Origin: an uncultured Candidatus Saccharibacteria bacterium
Lineage (GTDB): Bacteria; Patescibacteriota; Minisyncoccia; Phycocordibacterales; Phycocordibacteraceae
Assembly (NCBI GenBank): GCA_964446735.1
Contig: CAYUQB010000003.1
Location: 40,897 to 101,284, forward strand
Direction: 5' to 3'
DNA length: 60,388 bases
Every line of letters starts with the position of its first letter. Within the stretch, counting starts at the first letter, position 1. A program made the position numbers and the translations under genes. Of this stretch, positions 8,586 to 17,764 are shown piece after piece. The notes beneath the pieces were generated by a model that was given only the letters and a program-made list of their open reading frames with translations, had not been told where the DNA came from and did not search any database.

Positions 8586-9248
8586 ATGAAGGTACTGTCC
8601 ATCGAGCCCGATGCGACGACCGCGTCGGATCTGGGCTCTATGCTCGTGCGTCACAACCACGAGTTCATTAACGTCACCAGCGCTGAAGAAGCGCTCCACA
8701 CTGCGCGGCGGGCGCCGGCAGATATCATCCTCGAGAACTACAAGCTCGAAGGAGACGAGTTCATCAGTGCATTGCGTATGAAAGCCTGCGTTGAGACGCC
8801 GCTCATCGTGCTCGGTCCCCGCGGATGGGAACCTGTGATCGAATGTCTCGACAAAGGTGCCGACGATTACCTGGCGCGCCCGTTTCATCTTTACGAGCTC
8901 TTAGTCCGGATGGTGGCGGTTACCCGTCGAGGCCGGCCACGGCTTCAACCTATCGATGTGGGCCCGCTGCGTTATAATCCGGAGCTGTCCACGTTTAGCA
9001 TCGACGCTGTGGTCCTGCACTTCACGAGGGTCGAGTACCACATGTTAGTCCATCTTGTCCTCCATGCAGGACAGGTCGTTTCTCACCTCGACCTCCATCG
9101 TAGCTATGCCGAAGACGACAATCGGCGAACCAACGTCGTCGAGGTGATGGTGAGTAAGATCAGGAAGCGATTAGATCCGGTACTCGCCACGGGCGCGCTC
9201 AAACTAGAGACGATCCGCGGCGTGGGCTACCGTCTCTCGGCACCGTAA
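8586..9248 (+). CDS. Orphan OmpR/PhoB-family response regulator with atypical receiver
   Basis: GADDYLARPF, winged helix NVVEVMVSKIRKRL...ETIRGVGYRL; TTGACG-17-TACAAG promoter; SD GGAG. Confidence 0.85.
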   Translation: MKVLSIEPDATTASDLGSMLVRHNHEFINVTSAEEALHTARRAPADIILENYKLEGDEFISALRMKACVETPLIVLGPRGWEPVIECLDKGADDYLARPFHLYELLVRMVAVTRRGRPRLQPIDVGPLRYNPELSTFSIDAVVLHFTRVEYHMLVHLVLHAGQVVSHLDLHRSYAEDDNRRTNVVEVMVSKIRKRLDPVLATGALKLETIRGVGYRLSAP

Positions 9249-9270
9249 GTGTCGGTTCGATACAAGATAG

Positions 9271-9296
9271 GGGACGCTCCTTCGGGGGCGTCCTTC
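9271..9296 (+). terminator. Hairpin terminator with UUCG loop
   Basis: GGACGCTCC-TTCG-GGGGCGTCC. Confidence 0.65.
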
Positions 9297-9353
9297 CTTA
9301 TGGGACATCGGCTTCTCTTTTATCATTCGGCCGTTGTTTGCTACTCTGTATCC

Positions 9354-10628
9354 ATGAGCGAAAAGCAGGCCGTATCCACGGAGCCCTATAAGGGCGTGCG
9401 TGATTTCTATCCTGAGGACTGGGCACAGCTGCAAGCGGTGTTCGACATCATTCGTACGAAGCTGCGATTGGCGGGCTATGAAGAGTACAACGCGTCCCCA
9501 CTTGAGCCTGCGGAATTGTACGAAAGCAAAACGTCTGAAGAGATCGTAAGCGAGCAGACCTTCACGTTTACTGATCGTGGTGATCGTCGCGTGACGCTTC
9601 GCCCCGAGATGACTCCTACCCTTGCGCGCATGGTTGCTGCAAAAAAGCGTGAGTTGGTCTTCCCTGTTCGTTGGTTCTCGATCGGCAACCGCTTCCGCTA
9701 TGAGCGACCACAGAAGGGACGGCTTCGCGAGTTCTACCAGGTCGATGTGGACCTCATTGGTATTCCAGATGCGAAGGCAGATGGCGAGATTATTGTTCTT
9801 GCCGCAGAGCTCCTCAAAGCATTCGGTGCATACGAGGGGGACTTCACCATTCGTATCAACTCCCGCGCACTGCTGGATGCAGCAACTACAGCACTTGGGT
9901 ATTCCGAAGCAGAAGCGAAAGAGTATCTTGGACTCCTTGATCGTAAAGCAAAGATGAGTGCGGAGGAGTTTGAGACGGCACGCACGGTGTATCGCAAAGA
10001 TGGAGTAGACGCCCTTGAGCTTATCGAAGGGGGCGCTGCCGGCGTGTCTAACGAGAAGCAGAAACTCCTTGACCTCATAACTGCGTTTGAGGCACGCGGT
10101 ATGAACAACGTAGTATTCGATCCGACAGTGGTCCGTGGCTTCCTCTACTACACGGGTACCGTATTTGAGATATACGACACCAATCCCGAGAATCCTCGTG
10201 CGCTGTTTGGAGGAGGGCGATACGACAATTTGCTCTCTCTATTCGGCGGAGAGTCCATTCCTGCAGTCGGGTTCGCATTTGGGGATGTGACGCTCCTTGA
10301 TTTCCTGCGCGCGCATGGCTATGCTCCTGCCGTTTCTTCCGCTCCGACGGTATTCCTCGGAACCCCCGCACAAACCGACATCCCAGCTGCCCAGGAGTTT
10401 GCACGAGAACTTCGAGAGGAAGGTATTTCGGTGTTGGTACATGTCGGTGATAAGGCACTCGGTGATCAGGTGAAGGAGGCGGTACGTCGGGGGATTCCTT
10501 ATTTCATTGCATACGGCGTACATGAGGCGGAGAGCGCCATGGTGAAGCTGAAGACACTCGCTGAATCTTCCGAACGCGAGATGCCTGCAGCAGAAGTCGT
10601 TCAAGAACTCACGCGCATGCGTCGCTAG
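9354..10628 (+). CDS. hisS: Histidine--tRNA ligase
   Basis: KGVRDFYP, LRPEMTP, FRYERPQKGRLREFYQ, RGFLYYTG, GGGRYD. Confidence 0.95.
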   Translation: MSEKQAVSTEPYKGVRDFYPEDWAQLQAVFDIIRTKLRLAGYEEYNASPLEPAELYESKTSEEIVSEQTFTFTDRGDRRVTLRPEMTPTLARMVAAKKRELVFPVRWFSIGNRFRYERPQKGRLREFYQVDVDLIGIPDAKADGEIIVLAAELLKAFGAYEGDFTIRINSRALLDAATTALGYSEAEAKEYLGLLDRKAKMSAEEFETARTVYRKDGVDALELIEGGAAGVSNEKQKLLDLITAFEARGMNNVVFDPTVVRGFLYYTGTVFEIYDTNPENPRALFGGGRYDNLLSLFGGESIPAVGFAFGDVTLLDFLRAHGYAPAVSSAPTVFLGTPAQTDIPAAQEFARELREEGISVLVHVGDKALGDQVKEAVRRGIPYFIAYGVHEAESAMVKLKTLAESSEREMPAAEVVQELTRMRR

Positions 10629-10631
10629 GTG

Positions 10632-11210
10632 ATGAGAGAAATCACGTTCGACATCGAAACTACCAACCTCATTCCTGCCTTCTCTCGACAGGAGTTCCAT
10701 CGCCTTGATGTTGCGGTTGTGGCGATTCACGATTCCAGCACCGGTGACTTTTCCTCATATACAGAGGCAGAGTTGCCAAAGCTCTGGCCGATACTCGAGA
10801 AGGCCGATGTGCTTATCGGCTATAACTCGGACAGTTTCGATATTCCCCTTCTCAATCATTACTACCCCGGTGATCTGACCAAGATTCGCTCGCTTGATCT
10901 TCTCGTTGAGGTATACAGCGCACTTGGTCGGCGGCTGCGTCTTCAGAATCTTGCTGAGGCAACCTTGGGGCACGGCAAGTCTGCCGATGGCATTAAGGCG
11001 GTTGAATGGTGGCAGCAGGGTCTCTATGAAAAAGTGCGTGAATACTGCATTCAGGACGTACGGGTTACCCGTGAACTGTACGACTATGCGCGTACGCATG
11101 GGAAGCTCAAGTACAAAGATTTACGCGAGGTTCGTGACATCAAACTTGATACCTCGAAGTGGAATGGGACCGGGACTAGCAATGCGTTTACCCATACCTT
11201 GGGGTTGTAA
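10632..11210 (+). CDS. DEDD-type 3'-5' exonuclease / RNase H-like domain protein (YprB-like)
   Basis: FDIET, GYNSDSFDIP, YCIQDV. Confidence 0.8.
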   Translation: MREITFDIETTNLIPAFSRQEFHRLDVAVVAIHDSSTGDFSSYTEAELPKLWPILEKADVLIGYNSDSFDIPLLNHYYPGDLTKIRSLDLLVEVYSALGRRLRLQNLAEATLGHGKSADGIKAVEWWQQGLYEKVREYCIQDVRVTRELYDYARTHGKLKYKDLREVRDIKLDTSKWNGTGTSNAFTHTLGL

Positions 11211-11260
11211 ACGAGACAATTCGCGCTAGGATGCAGCTTGGCGCAGAGGGAGAGAATGGT

Positions 11261-11608
11261 ATGCGCGATCCAGGCTGCGGGAAATTTCGGCCAACCCTTG
11301 ATCTTCTGCTTCCTTCCAGCATCGGGAGAGAGCACCACGAGCGACTGATGTGTGCGGTCCGACGCATGCTCAAACAAGTGGTCGACCCTGACCTGGTCGG
11401 GGTGAATTTCGACCACCACTACGGAGACGTCGACGACGTCGAAGATCCACAAGCCTGGATCATCGGCATCGCCTCCGACTTCCCTACGGGAATGCGTGCG
11501 TGCGAGTTCGCGGTAGCTGCTATCTACTTCGAGCTCAAGAGCGCGTTTTCAGTTCGGATAGCGAATCCGGGGCACACCGAGGAGTTCCTGCTCATCAAGT
11601 TCTCGTGA
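11261..11608 (+). CDS. Hypothetical protein, 115 aa (orphan unit)
   Basis: TTGTAA-16-TAGGAT promoter, SD GAGGGAG, hairpin at 11614-11648. Confidence 0.6.
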   Translation: MRDPGCGKFRPTLDLLLPSSIGREHHERLMCAVRRMLKQVVDPDLVGVNFDHHYGDVDDVEDPQAWIIGIASDFPTGMRACEFAVAAIYFELKSAFSVRIANPGHTEEFLLIKFS

Positions 11609-11674
11609 TCTATGAAGTGCCCTGCCGCGTTCGCGCTGCAGGGACTTCACATTTGTGCGTGATATCCTTTTTGT

Positions 11675-12364
11675 ATGCGTATCCACGCGAAGGAGCTCCT
11701 CATTCCAATCGCCATCCTTTGTGCAGGCATTATCCTTGCAACGGCTATCTATGTCGTACGCGTCCAACACACCCTGGTGAATGGGACTGGGGACCCAGAT
11801 GCCGTACGGCCCGTTGCTCCTTCCGATCACATCGTTGGAAATCCCTCTGCTCCCGTGAAGATCGTTGAGTACGGTGATATTGATAGCTCATACAGTAAAT
11901 CGTTCCAGCTCACCATGGAGCAACTCATGACTGAGTACGCAGATGGGGGAAAGGTCGCCTGGGTCTATCGTCACTTTCCTCTTCCCGAACATACGAACGC
12001 CGCTACTCACGCACTCGCCGCAGAATGTGCGGCTTCACTTTCAGTACCAACCACATTCTTCAGGTTTATAGATGCGCTTCAGGCTGCGGCACCGCATGAA
12101 AACCAATTTAATCCTGCCGGGTATCCTCCTATCGTGGCACAGTTTGGCATTGATGAATCTGCGTTTACGAAATGTGTTGCAGACGGGATGTTCACAAAGA
12201 AAGTACACGAGGACTATCGAAATGCTCTCGAATCAGGAGCAGTCGGTTCGCCATTCATAATACTTCTGGTTGAAGGACAGGAGCCCACCGCGATTAATGG
12301 CGCACTTCCCTATCAGTCGATGAAGAAACTCATCGAACAATCGATTGCAAAAACGGGTGGATAA
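11675..12364 (+). CDS. DsbA/thioredoxin-fold membrane-anchored protein lacking the CxxC motif
   Basis: DHIVGNPSAPVKIVEYGD, VYRHFPL, GAVGSP; CxxC position reads SSYS. Confidence 0.8.
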   Translation: MRIHAKELLIPIAILCAGIILATAIYVVRVQHTLVNGTGDPDAVRPVAPSDHIVGNPSAPVKIVEYGDIDSSYSKSFQLTMEQLMTEYADGGKVAWVYRHFPLPEHTNAATHALAAECAASLSVPTTFFRFIDALQAAAPHENQFNPAGYPPIVAQFGIDESAFTKCVADGMFTKKVHEDYRNALESGAVGSPFIILLVEGQEPTAINGALPYQSMKKLIEQSIAKTGG

Positions 12365-12382
12365 AAAATAGGCGCCCTTCGT

Positions 12383-15193
12383 CTATGAGAAGAGTTGTAG
12401 CAAATCGTCGTATTCGGACGGCTCTCCGTTGCGCCACCTTCCCGTGAGTAATTCTTGAACGACTTCCTCGAGCGTTGCGAGGAGGTCAGCTCGAGTCTCG
12501 CTCGTGAGCTCGACTGGGTACTCTCTCACCTGCTCGGGACCGACCTGGATAATGCTCGCAGAATTTGGCTGGTGGGCATTCTCGCGCAGAAGCAAATCAT
12601 AGAATGCAAGCTGACGAGCGTACTTCTCGTCCTTGATATGTACATCACTTGAGGTTTTGAAATCTATGATCCGCTCGCCGTCAGGCAGCTCGAAGACTGC
12701 GTCCACCTTCCCTTGAAGCAAAATGGGTGTCCCCGCAATTGAACGAGTGTGGGTAAATACTTTCTCTATCGCACTGGTCTCGAGTGCACTTCCCTCAGCG
12801 ATGTAGCGTGCAAGGCTCTCACGTGCATGGGTGGTCACTCGTTCAAATGCAACGTTCCGAGGAAGGAGCGAGCGAGCGAGGCACCCCGATAGAGCAGCAA
12901 ACGCCCGGTCCTCACTTCTTGTTTGGAGATATTCCGCGATACCGGCATGCACGGCTGAACCGATAGCTGTTGCGGGTGTCTCGGGCTCGTGAAGTCGTAG
13001 TATCCGTCGTGCAAAGAACGTCGGTGGAGATTCTAAGTACTCATTGAAGGCTGAAGGTGAGAGGCCTTCTTCGGTAAGGAAGCGATGAACAAGATCATTC
13101 ACCACCGCTGAAGGTTCGATAGTGGTATGGATGAGCGGGAGCGACTCGGAGGCAGGAGTGATGCGTGGGAGGTGGTCGGGAATAAGGAGTGAGGGTGGCG
13201 TATCGCGTCCTTCACCGCTTTCTGTTGCATAGGAGAGTACGACCTCATCTTTGGCACGGGTAAGCGCGACATAGAAAAGCTTAGTAATGTCCTCGAGGGT
13301 TCGTGTCTGATCGACTGGCGAAGGAATCTTTGCAGGAAGACCACCTTTCTCCCACTGTCGAGCGGTGAGGCCAGCGATGAATACCTGCTCAAATTCCATC
13401 CCTTTTGCCTTATGCGCAGTAATGATTGTCACCTTCCCTTCCGCGTGGGTCCTGCTCGACTTCACCGATTCGAGCCCATGCTCGTTTGCATGGGTGAAGG
13501 CACGCACAATTTCTATAAAGCTCTGGTTCGGATCGCGGGCGACGAGTTCCTCAATATGCATGAAGACCCGTCGCATAAGCTCGATATCTTCAAAGTGCTC
13601 GGGATGAGACAGAAGGTAGGCACGGGCTCCCGTAGCAGCAAGCATGCGAGAGAGGAGCGAGAGTGGTTGCTCTGATAGCGCCTGAGCTTGCAGATCACGG
13701 ATTGTTGCACTCACCGTTGGGTACATCTGTTCAAGTGCAGCCCAGAGTTCACGATCGCGGTTCTTTAAAAGAAGTTCAGCGCGAGGAGCGAGATCCATGG
13801 GCCACCATGGTGCAAGGAGCGTTTCGCGGAGTGCTGCAAGATCGAGTGGATTGGCTACCGCACGCATCGTTGCAAGCACCGCGCGTAGTATCGGACGAGA
13901 TGCAAGCATGACTTCCCCGGCTCGGAGTACCGGAATGTTTTTTGCGAAAAGGTGTTGTGCGAAAAGATCGGCCGTTGCGTTTCTGCTGGTGATTATCGCA
14001 ATTTCGTGGGGAGGTCTCCCTGCATGTATCGATTCTTCGACGAGATTCGCTATCTGATCACGTTCAGCGAGAGGGTCTGGAGCCTCCAGAAGTGAGAGTG
14101 TTGCCTGTCCGCTTCGTGTTGCAGAAAGCTTTGTGTGCTCGCCGGTCGCCGCGGGCACCGCTTGAATAAGGCCGTGCGCGGTATCCAGGATACCCTGCAA
14201 AGAGCGGTAGCTATCTGCGAGATGGATGACTTCGGTGCGTGGATAGTGCTCGACGAATGTTTTGAAGTGCGAAGAATCAGCACCCTGGAAACGATAGATG
14301 GCTTGCTTTTCATCACCCACTACAAAGAGGTTGGGGTGATCGTCGTATGCAAGCGTATCAAGGAGTGTGTGTTGCAGTGCATTCGCATCCTGATGTTCAT
14401 CCGCAAGAATGTATTGGTACTGCTCCTGTACTGACGCTTTCACGTCCGCATCGTGTATGAGCCCATCCACAGCAATCCGGAGTACGTCCGCAAAGTCATA
14501 GACGTTCCGTTCATCTTTCAGTGCCTCGTATGCCTCGATGAGTCGCGCAGCTTCAGCTCCCTTTAAAAGTCGCTCCAGCTTCTTTTCTCCTTCGGGCTTG
14601 AGCTCTCCTTTCTTCTCGCCACGAACATAGAGAAGTGATTCATCGGCTCGTATGCGAGCGCCTTCGTGTTCAAGCCAGGCACGGTACTCAGTGAGCGATA
14701 TGCGTTCACGCACGAGATCGTCCCGGAGTCGGGCAAGATCGCGCAGATAGAAGAACGGTGACTTAGGAGTGCGGAGCGCAGAAAGCTCCTCGGTTTCGAG
14801 CACCTCACGCCACAAGAGCGTGGTCTCAACATCTCCCGCCAGCCGCTTACCACGCGCTTCGAGGAATGAATCAGGATACGTAGAAAGGAGGTGTTCGGCA
14901 AAGCCGTGGAATGTCGAGATGAAAACCTCACGAGCAACCGTCTCACCTATGAGCTCTGCTAAGCGATGACGCACCGTTCGAGCAGCTGATTCGGTGAATG
15001 TGAGAACTAGGACATTGGATGCGTTGGCTTGTGTCCGTCGCAGGATGTTCGCGATACGAAGTGTGAGAATGTGTGTTTTTCCAGTTCCAGGGCCAGCAAT
15101 GACAAGTACTGGTCCTTCCACTGTATCTACAGCCTTCTTTTGGGCTGTATTCAGCCTTTCGTATGCGGCCGTAAAGGCCTTTTCATCTGGCAT
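12383..15193 (-). CDS. UvrD/PcrA-like helicase fused to a C-terminal PD-(D/E)XK nuclease
   Basis: AGPGTGKT, DEHQD, VGDEKQAIYRFQGA, TAHKAKGMEF, FYVALTRAK; GKVD...IIDFKT. Confidence 0.9.
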   Translation of the reverse strand: MPDEKAFTAAYERLNTAQKKAVDTVEGPVLVIAGPGTGKTHILTLRIANILRRTQANASNVLVLTFTESAARTVRHRLAELIGETVAREVFISTFHGFAEHLLSTYPDSFLEARGKRLAGDVETTLLWREVLETEELSALRTPKSPFFYLRDLARLRDDLVRERISLTEYRAWLEHEGARIRADESLLYVRGEKKGELKPEGEKKLERLLKGAEAARLIEAYEALKDERNVYDFADVLRIAVDGLIHDADVKASVQEQYQYILADEHQDANALQHTLLDTLAYDDHPNLFVVGDEKQAIYRFQGADSSHFKTFVEHYPRTEVIHLADSYRSLQGILDTAHGLIQAVPAATGEHTKLSATRSGQATLSLLEAPDPLAERDQIANLVEESIHAGRPPHEIAIITSRNATADLFAQHLFAKNIPVLRAGEVMLASRPILRAVLATMRAVANPLDLAALRETLLAPWWPMDLAPRAELLLKNRDRELWAALEQMYPTVSATIRDLQAQALSEQPLSLLSRMLAATGARAYLLSHPEHFEDIELMRRVFMHIEELVARDPNQSFIEIVRAFTHANEHGLESVKSSRTHAEGKVTIITAHKAKGMEFEQVFIAGLTARQWEKGGLPAKIPSPVDQTRTLEDITKLFYVALTRAKDEVVLSYATESGEGRDTPPSLLIPDHLPRITPASESLPLIHTTIEPSAVVNDLVHRFLTEEGLSPSAFNEYLESPPTFFARRILRLHEPETPATAIGSAVHAGIAEYLQTRSEDRAFAALSGCLARSLLPRNVAFERVTTHARESLARYIAEGSALETSAIEKVFTHTRSIAGTPILLQGKVDAVFELPDGERIIDFKTSSDVHIKDEKYARQLAFYDLLLRENAHQPNSASIIQVGPEQVREYPVELTSETRADLLATLEEVVQELLTGRWRNGEPSEYDDLLQLFS

Positions 15194-15261
15194 TCCACTA
15201 TTCTATCGTGAGGTGGAGGTGGAAAGAAATTAGCGAGGAAAAAATTGTTTGGATTTATATG

Positions 15262-15358
15262 AAAACGCAAAAACCCCGAGATATCTCGGGGGTTTTGCGT
15301 ACCCGTTGCCAGCTTAAGAATTCATTAGCTGGGGAGGGCCTTTCGGCCACGGGTACAT
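15262..15358 (-). ncRNA. Candidate stand-alone small RNA (three-way junction plus intrinsic terminator)
   Basis: TTGACC-16-TATAAT promoter; GUACCCGU/ACGGGUAC, GGCC-GAAA-GGCC and CCAGCU/AGCUGG helices; terminator 15300-15265; no ORF. Confidence 0.65.
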
Positions 15359-15363
15359 AAGGC

Positions 15364-15391
15364 ATTATACACGCGTAATATGAGGGGTCAA
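15364..15391 (-). promoter_or_regulatory. Near-consensus sigma70 promoter driving the candidate sRNA
   Basis: TTGACC (15391-15386), 16 nt, TATAAT (15369-15364). Confidence 0.7.
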
Positions 15392-15556
15392 TTAAGGAGC
15401 GAAAACCGTAGCCTACCTAAGACATTGTTTTTCCACAGCACGCCTCCGAATCATTATTTGACCACATTCTCCTTCCCGTGAAGGCTCAAATGCATGTTTT
15501 GACTTTCCCACTCTTTCTTGTAGTGTGCTCTAAACCTTTGGTCTTTGGAGGGCGTC

Positions 15557-15871
15557 ATGAAGAACACTGATCTCGACGCCCTCATTCGGGCCGCGATTAG
15601 AGACTGCATCGGTGTAACCTGCGTTCGCTTGTCGCTTGAAATCGACGGCCTCGTCTACGAGTTCGTGTCCGACGAGGGCATTATTGAAAAGGGCCGGCTC
15701 GCAGGCAAGACTCGCCTGAAAGTTGGAGCCTTCTTCGAACTCTGTGACCAGCAGACCGGTGATCGATTCACCTGGCATTGGAAAAGAACGCACTGGAGCC
15801 GGAAGTGCAGGAGCACTTCCGGAAAAGGGACTCTGACGATTCCTGACCACACCCACCGCTACCATCTATGA
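15557..15871 (+). CDS. Hypothetical protein, 104 aa (orphan unit)
   Basis: TTGACT-16-TAGTGT promoter, SD GGAGGG, hairpin 15876-15903. Confidence 0.6.
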   Translation: MKNTDLDALIRAAIRDCIGVTCVRLSLEIDGLVYEFVSDEGIIEKGRLAGKTRLKVGAFFELCDQQTGDRFTWHWKRTHWSRKCRSTSGKGTLTIPDHTHRYHL

Positions 15872-15875
15872 GACA

Positions 15876-15903
15876 CACGCCCGTCGGGAGACCGACGGGC
15901 GTG
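15876..15903 (+). terminator. 12-bp hairpin with GAGA tetraloop
   Basis: CACGCCCGTCGG-GAGA-CCGACGGGCGTG. Confidence 0.7.
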
Positions 15904-15977
15904 CTCACGCTCGACAGATGAGCGGGACAGCGTTATAAGGAAGATCGGCTTCAGCTTTTTGAAGGGAGTATCTATCT

Positions 15978-16337
15978 ATGGAGGATCTCCACACCATACG
16001 TGCGCAGGAGGGCTTCTACGAGAAACTGGCGTCCTACATCGATCAAGGCCTCCACTCGGGCCAGATCTATCGTCGGTTGGGCGAGGACTTTCCGAACGCC
16101 ACCTTGCCGCGTTGCGTGAGCGGTATCAACACCTGGCTTTCCACGCGCAAGACCTGGCAGACGTTCGTCGACAAGCTCGGACGCGAGAGGACGGAAGTCC
16201 TCTGGGCGAAGCACCAGTCTCGCCTGCGCGTCTGGCTCGGTAGGCGACACGAGCCACAAAGCCTCGACCAAATGCTGGGACTCGCCCCGCCAGACGAGGT
16301 CCAGCCCAGGTTTAGCGAGCGCCTTCGCTACGGCTAA
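15978..16337 (+). CDS. Hypothetical protein, 119 aa (orphan unit)
   Basis: TCGACA-17-TATAAG promoter, SD AGGGAG, hairpin 16363-16390. Confidence 0.6.
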   Translation: MEDLHTIRAQEGFYEKLASYIDQGLHSGQIYRRLGEDFPNATLPRCVSGINTWLSTRKTWQTFVDKLGRERTEVLWAKHQSRLRVWLGRRHEPQSLDQMLGLAPPDEVQPRFSERLRYG

Positions 16338-16415
16338 CACCAGCTCACGCTCCTTGGACGACGGCCGCTTCCCCACATGAGGAAGCGGCCCGTTCCTTTG
16401 CCGTATACTGTCTGT

Positions 16416-17453
16416 ATGCACGCCACCACCCGCACCTATTTCCTGCTCGCCCTCCTCTTGGTCTCAATAATTGCTTCATTCTTCGTCCTCCAACCATTCC
16501 TTACGACCATCGCACTCGCGGCCATCTTTGCGGTAGTATTGTATCCCTTGTATCAAGGCCTCCAGAAACGAATCGGATCACAAAGTCTCGCTGCCCTACT
16601 TACGATCCTCATCGGTACACTGGTAGTCGCCATCCCACTGACACTCATAGGTACGTTGGTAGTGGACCAGTCACGAGCAGCGTATGGCGCAGTCGCTAGC
16701 GGTTCAACGATTGAGGCCGCCCGTGGAGTCGCTGACAACATCGGAGTTTGGCTTGAGCCGTACTTCCCTGGCGCGACTGAATATGCGCACTCCATTTCGC
16801 TCGAATTCAGCACCTATCTTGAACGTGCTCTTGCATGGCTCGTGGATCGACTTGGTGCGGCGTTCACCAGCATCCTCGCACTGCTTCTTCGTCTCCTTAT
16901 CTTCCTCATGGCTTTGTTCTACTTCCTCAAGGACGGTGCGCGACTACAGAAGCTCCTTATAGAGCAAAGCCCTATCCGCGACGAAGAAGCGAGCTCTATT
17001 TTGAATAAGCTGTCGCGCACTATTACTTCGATCGTAAAGGGCTCGCTCGCCATTGCAATCATTCAAGGAACGCTGGCGGGTGTGGGCTATATGATCTTCG
17101 GTCTTCCGAACCCCGCACTATGGGGCGTGCTCACCGCGGTCGCCGCGCTTATCCCTGGCGTCGGTACTTCGCTTATCTTGCTCCCGGCAGTTCTCTATCT
17201 CTTCATCGCTGGAAACGTTGGCGCGGCCGGAGGACTTCTTCTGTGGGGACTCTTCCTTGTGGGATTGATTGATAACTTCCTGGCTCCGAGACTCATGGGC
17301 AAAGGAGCACAGCTGCATCCACTCATCATTCTCCTTTCAGTTCTTGGCGGTGTTATTCTTTTCGGCCCTGTCGGTATCTTTCTCGGGCCGCTCACCGTTA
17401 GTTTCCTTATCGCGGTCTATACCGTGTACGCCGGCCATCCTGCTGACGCGTAG
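16416..17453 (+). CDS. AI-2E (PerM) family transporter
   Basis: Multi-TM; FYFLKDG, IPGVGT, IDNFLAPRLMG, HPLIILLSVLGG..FGPVGIFLGP. Confidence 0.9.
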   Translation: MHATTRTYFLLALLLVSIIASFFVLQPFLTTIALAAIFAVVLYPLYQGLQKRIGSQSLAALLTILIGTLVVAIPLTLIGTLVVDQSRAAYGAVASGSTIEAARGVADNIGVWLEPYFPGATEYAHSISLEFSTYLERALAWLVDRLGAAFTSILALLLRLLIFLMALFYFLKDGARLQKLLIEQSPIRDEEASSILNKLSRTITSIVKGSLAIAIIQGTLAGVGYMIFGLPNPALWGVLTAVAALIPGVGTSLILLPAVLYLFIAGNVGAAGGLLLWGLFLVGLIDNFLAPRLMGKGAQLHPLIILLSVLGGVILFGPVGIFLGPLTVSFLIAVYTVYAGHPADA

Positions 17454-17523
17454 GCGTTCACCTTCCATTTATACTCCGGTGCGTACAGTGTCTGTATCAT
17501 TACCAGACTTAATTATGGTGCGT

Positions 17524-17718
17524 ATGTGGCAAGACTGGATCATTGGGTTCCTCGGGGTATGGCTCACCCTGCTCGCGTTCCTCGGAGTTGCAAGCGCCGG
17601 TGCGCTCATCATTACCGGAATGCTCATTGCGGTGCTTGGCTTCTGGGGCGTGTTGCGTGAACGAGCAGAAAGTGACGCCTATACTCTCAGACGCGACCTT
17701 GGGCTGTATATGGAGTAG
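17524..17718 (+). CDS. Small two-TM membrane protein (SPW-repeat-like)
   Basis: MWQDWIIGFLGVWL... two hydrophobic helices. Confidence 0.55.
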   Translation: MWQDWIIGFLGVWLTLLAFLGVASAGALIITGMLIAVLGFWGVLRERAESDAYTLRRDLGLYME

Positions 17719-17726
17719 CGAGGTGC

Positions 17727-17764
17727 GAAACGCAGCGGGTGCCTTCGGGCGTCCGCTGTGTTTC
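17727..17764. terminator. Bidirectional hairpin with cUUCGg loop
   Basis: GAAAC-GCAGCGG-GTGCC-TTCG-GGCGT-CCGCTGT-GTTTC. Confidence 0.65.

Noticed and set aside
15299-15356. Hammerhead or HDV-like ribozyme, SRP RNA or tRNA identity for the structured RNA
   Set aside because: No CUGAnGA core, no P3/L3/P1.1 arrangement, no SRP helix-8 motif, no cloverleaf or T-loop
15194-15358. Riboswitch controlling the downstream helicase
   Set aside because: Not excluded but disfavoured: the helicase has its own TAGAAT box 6 nt before ATG and I saw no antiterminator
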